Part shown: positions 59,935 to 64,000 of the stretch, in pieces | Numbering within the stretch: position 1 is the first letter of the stretch | Layout of the letters: each line of letters begins with the position of its first letter | From: a virus | IMG/VR virus record: IMGVR_UViG_3300020442_000006 | Location: 1-64,000 of that record | Strand: one strand, 5' to 3' | Length of the DNA stretch: 64,000 bases | Program-made: the position numbers and the translations under genes | Notes under the pieces: generated by a model | The model's database searches: none | What the model saw: the letters and a program-made list of their open reading frames with translations, nothing else | What the model was told of the DNA's origin: nothing

Positions 59935-59993
59935 ATTATAGGGGAACATAGTGGGGAATAGTGTTATTATGTGCCACTTTCTAAACTGTCATA
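59935..59993 (-). promoter_or_regulatory. early promoter (copy 2)
   Basis: TGTGCCA-N10-TGTCATA at 59970-59993; TATAAT at 59940-59935; gap 29 nt. Confidence 0.8.
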
Positions 59994-60149
59994 CACTCGG
60001 ATGCTTAACTCTGCATCTTGTGTTAATGTAATGCCTTCCGCGTCAAGTGCTTCCCAAATAAGGTTAGCAAGTTTAGAATGTTTGTCCTCTGGTATTACTT
60101 CCCATAGGTTAATATAACCATCAAGTTCTATAAGTTGTTTGTAATTCAT
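59967..60149 (-). CDS. early hypothetical protein (60 aa)
   Basis: ORF track; 3' end overlaps the palindrome. Confidence 0.65.
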   Translation of the reverse strand: MNYKQLIELDGYINLWEVIPEDKHSKLANLIWEALDAEGITLTQDAELSIRVYDSLESGT

Positions 60150-60271
60150 TTTACTAACCTCTCTATAGTGTTTTTTCTCTCTGTCAAGACCTCTTTAAGA
60201 TTTGACTCGGAAAGTTCAACTAGGAGATTAATACCTAGTAGAAAAATAATCAAAGTGAATGCAATTCTCAT
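60146..60271 (-). CDS. small single-pass membrane protein (41 aa, not in ORF track)
   Basis: MRIAFTLIIFLLGINLLVELSESNLKEVLTERKNTIERLVK; ATGA overlap. Confidence 0.6.
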   Translation of the reverse strand: MRIAFTLIIFLLGINLLVELSESNLKEVLTERKNTIERLVK

Positions 60272-60276
60272 TGTAA

Positions 60277-60576
60277 TTAGTGTGAAGTTGATTTGTGTGC
60301 AAGTGCATCGCGAAATCCTTGACGATAGGATGCTTCGCGAGTCTCTGAAAGTTCCTCTAATTCTTCAGCGGTAAAACCACTCTCTTCAAACGCGAGAGCA
60401 TTATCTGAGAACTTTCTTAACTCTTCGATAACCTCATCAAAGGGAAAATTGCGGTTTATGGCATTCTCACCGAATGCTATTTCGTAAACCTCTGCTATAA
60501 ATTCGTCTTTAGTCATTTGTTGTTTAAGTGTGAGATTGTTTAATAAGATTTGAGTATCGAGAAATATATCGTTCAT
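60277..60576 (-). CDS. early hypothetical protein (99 aa)
   Basis: ORF track; FIAEVYEIAFGENAINRNF motif. Confidence 0.65.
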   Translation of the reverse strand: MNDIFLDTQILLNNLTLKQQMTKDEFIAEVYEIAFGENAINRNFPFDEVIEELRKFSDNALAFEESGFTAEELEELSETREASYRQGFRDALAHKSTSH

Positions 60577-60773
60577 TAGAATGGGTTGCTCCAGTTGTAT
60601 GCTTGATAATCGGATACATATCCATCTTTGTTGAGAGAATCTACAAAATTGTTCCAGTCTTCTCTCTTTGCAACTACATCACCACGTAAACTAGGATTCT
60701 GTGCAACTGCTACTGACCAGTTATAACGAAACTGAGCGAGAACTGCTGCTTTTGTTGCTTTCCATTTTGACAT
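60576..60773 (-). CDS. conserved early hypothetical protein (65 aa)
   Basis: TKAAVLAQFR..W...D..AKREDWNNFVDSLNKDG......W.NPF; AGGAG Shine-Dalgarno. Confidence 0.75.
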   Translation of the reverse strand: MSKWKATKAAVLAQFRYNWSVAVAQNPSLRGDVVAKREDWNNFVDSLNKDGYVSDYQAYNWSNPF

Positions 60774-60803
60774 TGAATTTTTCTCCTTTGTTTGTATGTT
60801 CTT

Positions 60804-60863
60804 ATTATAGTGGATTAAAACCCGCCTGTGTAGGGTAGGTGTGCCAGTTCGTTAACTGTCCTA
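60804..60863 (-). promoter_or_regulatory. early promoter (copy 3)
   Basis: TGTGCCA-N10-TGTCCTA at 60840-60863; TATAAT at 60809-60804; gap 30 nt. Confidence 0.8.
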
Positions 60864-60893
60864 AAAAGTGGTCAGTCTTAACTGTCTCATCTA

Positions 60894-61037
60894 TCATTTA
60901 TTAAGGGGACTATTAAAATATGCCTTATTAACTGTGTATAGAGTGAAAATTGCAACTAGGATACCAAAGAAACCTAAAATAAGGATAGGACTCTGGGGAA
61001 AATCGTAAGTTGGGATGGGTGTAGTCAAAAATGTCAT
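60894..61037 (-). CDS. small membrane protein (47 aa, not in ORF track)
   Basis: MTFLTTPIPTYDFPQSPILILGFFGILVAIFTLYTVNKAYFNSPLNK. Confidence 0.65.
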   Translation of the reverse strand: MTFLTTPIPTYDFPQSPILILGFFGILVAIFTLYTVNKAYFNSPLNK

Positions 61038-61038
61038 T

Positions 61039-61116
61039 TTAGTTGTTAGGATTGTAGTAATTAAGAATGAAAAGTAAAATTGCTATGATGAGCAATATGG
61101 ATATAAAAATAATCAT
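61039..61116 (-). CDS. hydrophobic micro-peptide (25 aa, not in ORF track)
   Basis: MIIFISILLIIAILLFILNYYNPNN; ATGA overlap with the upstream stop. Confidence 0.55.
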   Translation of the reverse strand: MIIFISILLIIAILLFILNYYNPNN

Positions 61117-61292
61117 AGTCCGTAAATCCTATCCTCTTTTTTAACAACATCGTCACCAGTATTACAAACTAGATCAACAAGTGAATCGAAATCTTCTTCG
61201 ATCATATCGCCGCCAACTCCCAACTCATTGAAATAGCGAAGCATTTGAACTAGAACTGCGTCCTGTTTTTCGTTTAGTGTGTATGTAGTCAT
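61113..61292 (-). CDS. early hypothetical protein (59 aa, not in ORF track)
   Basis: MTTYTLNEKQDAVLVQMLRYFNELG...; GAGG Shine-Dalgarno; first gene of cassette 4. Confidence 0.7.
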   Translation of the reverse strand: MTTYTLNEKQDAVLVQMLRYFNELGVGGDMIEEDFDSLVDLVCNTGDDVVKKEDRIYGL

Positions 61293-61315
61293 AAAACCTC
61301 TTTGTGTATGTTCTT

Positions 61316-61374
61316 ATTATAAAGGATGTGTGGGTGTAATGGGGAAACTGTGTGACACTAATGAAAGTGTCACA
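61316..61374 (-). promoter_or_regulatory. early promoter (copy 4, perfect 8-bp arms)
   Basis: TGTGACAC-TAATGAAA-GTGTCACA at 61351-61374; TATAAT at 61321-61316; gap 29 nt. Confidence 0.88.
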
Positions 61375-61387
61375 ACTGCGGTTGACT

Positions 61388-61768
61388 TTAGTAAATAATG
61401 CACTTATTAGATACTGTGACTATCATAAAACCGCACTTCTTTAAGATATTCTTATATCTTGTAACCTGATAGTCATCGCGATATGCTGAGAGATCATTGC
61501 CAAATGCAATATAACTCACTCTAGCATTTTGAGATTTGTCAAGATGAATTGCTCTATATTCTTCGATCGAAATATCATCGTGTGCTTCTTCATAAACAAC
61601 TTTCGCAACAACTTCGCCGCCGATCAATATATTTGAAAACATACTTTGATCGTGCTTATGATGTATTGACATACCATTTTTCCAGTCACCACTTCCATAA
61701 GTGTTAATTGCATCAACTAGTAATTTTTGGTATGTGTCAAGTTTGGGTTGAGTTGCTGTTAATGTCAT
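61388..61768 (-). CDS. early hypothetical protein (126 aa)
   Basis: ORF track; sole gene of cassette 5. Confidence 0.7.
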   Translation of the reverse strand: MTLTATQPKLDTYQKLLVDAINTYGSGDWKNGMSIHHKHDQSMFSNILIGGEVVAKVVYEEAHDDISIEEYRAIHLDKSQNARVSYIAFGNDLSAYRDDYQVTRYKNILKKCGFMIVTVSNKCIIY

Positions 61769-61793
61769 TTGTTTTTTTGTTGCTTATATGCTT

Positions 61794-61853
61794 ATTATAG
61801 AGGAAGATTGCTCAATAAAAAACACCGTGTGTGCCACTAATACAAGTGTCACA
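61794..61853 (-). promoter_or_regulatory. early promoter (copy 5)
   Basis: TGTGCCA-N10-TGTCACA at 61830-61853; TATAAT at 61799-61794; gap 30 nt. Confidence 0.88.
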
Positions 61854-61854
61854 A

Positions 61855-62079
61855 CTAGAATCGCTCTAATACTTTGCATTTGGTATAATCTGAAACTGGG
61901 TGATAATTGCCTGACGTTGATTCATCGGTGCATATTTCAAGTTGGGGATTTGCATATTTTCCCCATCTTATAATAACTTGCCCGATAATTCTCTTGCCAT
62001 TGTCATTAGTGTAGGCAACTGTGTCACCTACTGAGATCTCGGAAAATGTCTCGTATGTGTTGTAACTAGGCATATGCAA
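61855..62079 (-). CDS. early hypothetical protein, SH3/KOW-like beta pattern (74 aa; start may be 62073)
   Basis: ISVGDTVAYTNDNGKRIIGQVI. Confidence 0.6.
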   Translation of the reverse strand: MHMPSYNTYETFSEISVGDTVAYTNDNGKRIIGQVIIRWGKYANPQLEICTDESTSGNYHPVSDYTKCKVLERF

Positions 62080-62296
62080 CCGCCCTTGATTCGATGATAA
62101 TATCTCTCACTCTCTCGCGATCGAGTGAATCACCATCACCAAATTCAATATCGGTTGATGCACATAAATCGAGATATTTTAAGATCGCGATTGCTATCTC
62201 ACCTTGAGTTAAACCGTCTATTGGATATAATACATCTGCGTGATATGGTGCATAAAACATTTCGATGTACTGTAGAAATTCTTGAAAGTTGTGCAT
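62066..62296 (-). CDS. conserved early hypothetical protein (76 aa)
   Basis: F..FY....LYP.......I..A...Y.......F.GDSLDRERVRDII motif. Confidence 0.75.
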   Translation of the reverse strand: MHNFQEFLQYIEMFYAPYHADVLYPIDGLTQGEIAIAILKYLDLCASTDIEFGDGDSLDRERVRDIIIESRAVAYA

Positions 62297-62318
62297 TTGT
62301 TTTGTTGTGTATGTACTT

Positions 62319-62377
62319 ATTATAAAGGCATATTGCCGAGATTAGTTATACTGTGTGCCACTAATATAACTGTCACA
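62319..62377 (-). promoter_or_regulatory. early promoter (copy 6)
   Basis: TGTGCCA-N10-TGTCACA at 62354-62377; TATAAT at 62324-62319; gap 29 nt. Confidence 0.88.
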
Positions 62378-62378
62378 C

Positions 62379-62489
62379 TTAACCAAATGAATGGGAATTG
62401 TAGTGTGTTCTAATTGGTTTGGGTGCCTTGAGATCTTTTTTAGGTTTTGTAACCTGTAGATAGATCTTTAATAATTGCTCACTTTTCAT
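62379..62489 (-). CDS. basic micro-protein (36 aa, not in ORF track)
   Basis: MKSEQLLKIYLQVTKPKKDLKAPKPIRTHYNSHSFG. Confidence 0.6.
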   Translation of the reverse strand: MKSEQLLKIYLQVTKPKKDLKAPKPIRTHYNSHSFG

Positions 62490-62637
62490 TGTGTGTTTTT
62501 ACCAAATAGTCCCCAGTTTGGATTGCTTCAAAAACTGCGGTTTGATTGTCTGTTAGGGGATAATCCATATCTCTTAGGGTATCCCATAATTTGATCATTT
62601 CATATGCCTGATCAAATGAAACTGGTATATTAAGCAT
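62479..62637 (-). CDS. early hypothetical protein (52 aa, not in ORF track)
   Basis: MLNIPVSFDQAYEMIKLWDTLRDMDYPLTDNQ...; overlaps both neighbours. Confidence 0.6.
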   Translation of the reverse strand: MLNIPVSFDQAYEMIKLWDTLRDMDYPLTDNQTAVFEAIQTGDYLVKTHNEK

Positions 62638-62851
62638 CGTAGTTAACTCCTGAGAATACTCTTAACTGAGTTGCATAGTTAACCAACTGATTGAAACCGT
62701 CCTCATTAACCTTTATCTCATCAAGTAATTTTGAGTCTGCACACTCATCTAGGTATCTCATAATAGTTTCAAATTGCTCTAATGCTTCAAAACTAAATCC
62801 AGTCTCTGCTTCAACTTGTGAGCGATCTGGGAAAGTGTTGTTTTCAATCAT
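62630..62851 (-). CDS. early hypothetical protein (73 aa)
   Basis: ORF track; first gene of cassette 7. Confidence 0.7.
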   Translation of the reverse strand: MIENNTFPDRSQVEAETGFSFEALEQFETIMRYLDECADSKLLDEIKVNEDGFNQLVNYATQLRVFSGVNYDA

Positions 62852-62876
62852 TTGTTTCTGTGTTGCTTATGTTATT

Positions 62877-62935
62877 ATTATAGTCAATGTGTGTGAACTA
62901 TGGTGTTAGTTTGTGCCACTTATATAAGTGTCACA
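62877..62935 (-). promoter_or_regulatory. early promoter (copy 7)
   Basis: TGTGCCA-N10-TGTCACA at 62912-62935; TATAAT at 62882-62877; gap 29 nt. Confidence 0.88.
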
Positions 62936-62946
62936 TAAACACTTGA

Positions 62947-63123
62947 CTATGCAGTTTGTAGTTCTTCTAATAGTGAATCGAGTTCCTCAGCACAACAACC
63001 ACATCGCCATCCTTGAATCTCGTCACCATAGTATGCATAACGATTGACATACCTACCAGTTCCAAATTTACAAGACTGGTCGCAGTCAACACAAATTTCT
63101 TGCCCAAATATGTCTCTTATCAT
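62947..63123 (-). CDS. small zinc-finger-like protein (58 aa; start moved to 63123)
   Basis: CVDC...CGCC; the ATG at 63123 overlaps the upstream stop (ATGA). Confidence 0.65.
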   Translation of the reverse strand: MIRDIFGQEICVDCDQSCKFGTGRYVNRYAYYGDEIQGWRCGCCAEELDSLLEELQTA

Positions 63124-63278
63124 TGGCACATATCCTCGAATCTCTCGCGAGCAATATATTCGCAATGCTCTTGTAATGCTTCGGGGGTGAACATTTTATC
63201 CATCCCAGTTTTTTCCATTAGTTCCATTTCTTCTTCGAAGAATGTTTCTAACATATCTGCGTGATGTGCTACTGACAT
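63120..63278 (-). CDS. acidic early micro-protein (52 aa, not in ORF track)
   Basis: MSVAHHADMLETFFEEEMELMEKTG...EYIARERFEDMCQ. Confidence 0.65.
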   Translation of the reverse strand: MSVAHHADMLETFFEEEMELMEKTGMDKMFTPEALQEHCEYIARERFEDMCQ

Positions 63279-63413
63279 TTACACTTCCTCCCAGTAAACT
63301 GTGTCTACTTTCTTGTAAAGATCAGCAACTTTACATCCCTTCCTTCTAGCAACTTGTCTTGCTATCATTGCTTCCCATCTTAGGAAACTTTCATAACGTT
63401 GTTTGTTTGTCAT
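63279..63413 (-). CDS. early micro-protein (44 aa, not in ORF track)
   Basis: MTNKQRYESFLRWEAMIARQVARRKGCKVADLYKKVDTVYWEEV; abuts the next start. Confidence 0.6.
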   Translation of the reverse strand: MTNKQRYESFLRWEAMIARQVARRKGCKVADLYKKVDTVYWEEV

Positions 63414-63440
63414 TTAAGTTTGTTGTTTGTTTATATTATT

Positions 63441-63499
63441 ATTATAGTAAATGTGTGGTTAGTATGGTGTTATGATGTGACACTTATTTAACTGTCACC
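63441..63499 (-). promoter_or_regulatory. early promoter (copy 8)
   Basis: TGTGACA-N10-TGTCACC at 63476-63499; TATAAT at 63446-63441; gap 29 nt. Confidence 0.85.
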
Positions 63500-63727
63500 T
63501 GTCCAGTCCATAAATATCCACTCATATGTACCATCTTCGGGGTCACGTCCATTAACTACGAACTCCTTAAAAATTGCGTCAGCATCCTCAAAACGATTGC
63601 TATCAATGTGACTAGTAACCATTTTCATATAATGCTCACCGAGGTGATCGATTGACTGTTGCATTTCGTTAGTAAAATCGCCGTGGTCGTGATACTCGTG
63701 GATTTCTCTAGAGAATTCTTGTTCCAT
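63488..63727 (-). CDS. acidic hypothetical protein (79 aa)
   Basis: ORF track; H.DSNR..DA.AIF.EFVV.G.DP..G.YEWIFM motif. Confidence 0.7.
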   Translation of the reverse strand: MEQEFSREIHEYHDHGDFTNEMQQSIDHLGEHYMKMVTSHIDSNRFEDADAIFKEFVVNGRDPEDGTYEWIFMDWTGDS

Positions 63728-64000
63728 AGGTTTGGATTGCTTTGTTTGGGATTGTGTAACCTAGACGTGGGTCTTTTCTAACAGTATTAGAGTGAAATTG
63801 CTTCTTTAGACTAGGTAGCAGCAATTTAAGTACGTCATCGCCTGACATTTGCCAGACTTCAACAACTTGACCATTATGGTATCGTGCAAAGAAGTGATCT
63901 TTGTACTTACCAATTTTTTCTTCCTTCAGATACTTAACTTGATCTTCCCAAGTATCTTGAACTGAAATACCGTTGTATGTAGCGGTTAATTTCTTACCTA
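63708..64000 (-). CDS. C-terminal part of a PvuII-like PD-(D/E)xK nuclease (runs off the right edge; not in ORF track)
   Basis: Open frame 63998-63708: ...TATYNGISVQDTWEDQ...EKIGKYKDHFFARYHNGQVVEVWQM...KDPRLGYTIPNKAIQTYGTRIL; pattern recalls the PvuII C-terminal half. Catalytic residues lie outside the window. Confidence 0.55.
   Translation of the reverse strand, partial: GKKLTATYNGISVQDTWEDQVKYLKEEKIGKYKDHFFARYHNGQVVEVWQMSGDDVLKLLLPSLKKQFHSNTVRKDPRLGYTIPNKAIQTYGTRIL

Noticed and set aside
60807-60897. Tiny minus-strand ORF spanning early promoter copy 3
   Set aside because: It coincides with the palindrome and -10 box and has no ribosome-binding or family evidence.
2667-63264. All plus-strand ORFs in the track (e.g. 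8729-9112, 24785-25288, 41982-42476)
   Set aside because: They are antisense shadows of long minus-strand genes with biased codon usage, have no recognisable motifs and are not supported by operon packing.
59419-63499. CRISPR array interpretation of the repeated 24-bp palindrome
   Set aside because: Spacing is irregular (about 480-870 nt), intervals contain genes, the repeat centre is variable, and no cas genes are present.
55000-64000. tRNA genes in the intergenic gaps
   Set aside because: No cloverleaf or T-loop GTTCGA pattern found by eye; tRNAscan-SE would settle this.

Overview
Window from a T4-like marine cyanomyovirus (Kyanoviridae-type, infecting Prochlorococcus or Synechococcus). 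Every credible gene is on the minus strand. In transcription order (right to left): (i) 58.0-64.0 kb, an early region of about 25 micro-ORFs in eight cassettes, each headed by a 24-bp palindrome plus a TATAAT box, with a truncated PvuII-like nuclease at the window edge; (ii) 50.7-58.0 kb, NlpC/P60, AbrB-like, 2OG-Fe(II) oxygenase, HNH endonuclease, a 1143-aa unknown and a PAAR-like protein; (iii) 3.8-50.7 kb, the late structural block: g25, g6, a 6918-aa g7-like protein, a YHYH/cupredoxin/Ig protein, a gp10-like fibre with a cupredoxin tip, a 624-aa wedge-type protein, g8, VrlC/DUF4815, a 1967-aa tail fibre, g13, g14, g15, g16; (iv) 0-3.8 kb, the variable island after g16 with putative capsid-internal proteins and the auxiliary metabolic genes petE, PTOX and gnd. 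The main candidate for an undescribed system is six tandem helical repeats in the giant baseplate protein that resemble the bilin-binding Cys-x-x-Asp core of phycobiliproteins, next to two baseplate proteins with complete His/Cys/His/Met type-1 copper sites. Together these suggest a pigment- and metal-bearing virion. All family assignments are by eye from motifs; no database searches were run.
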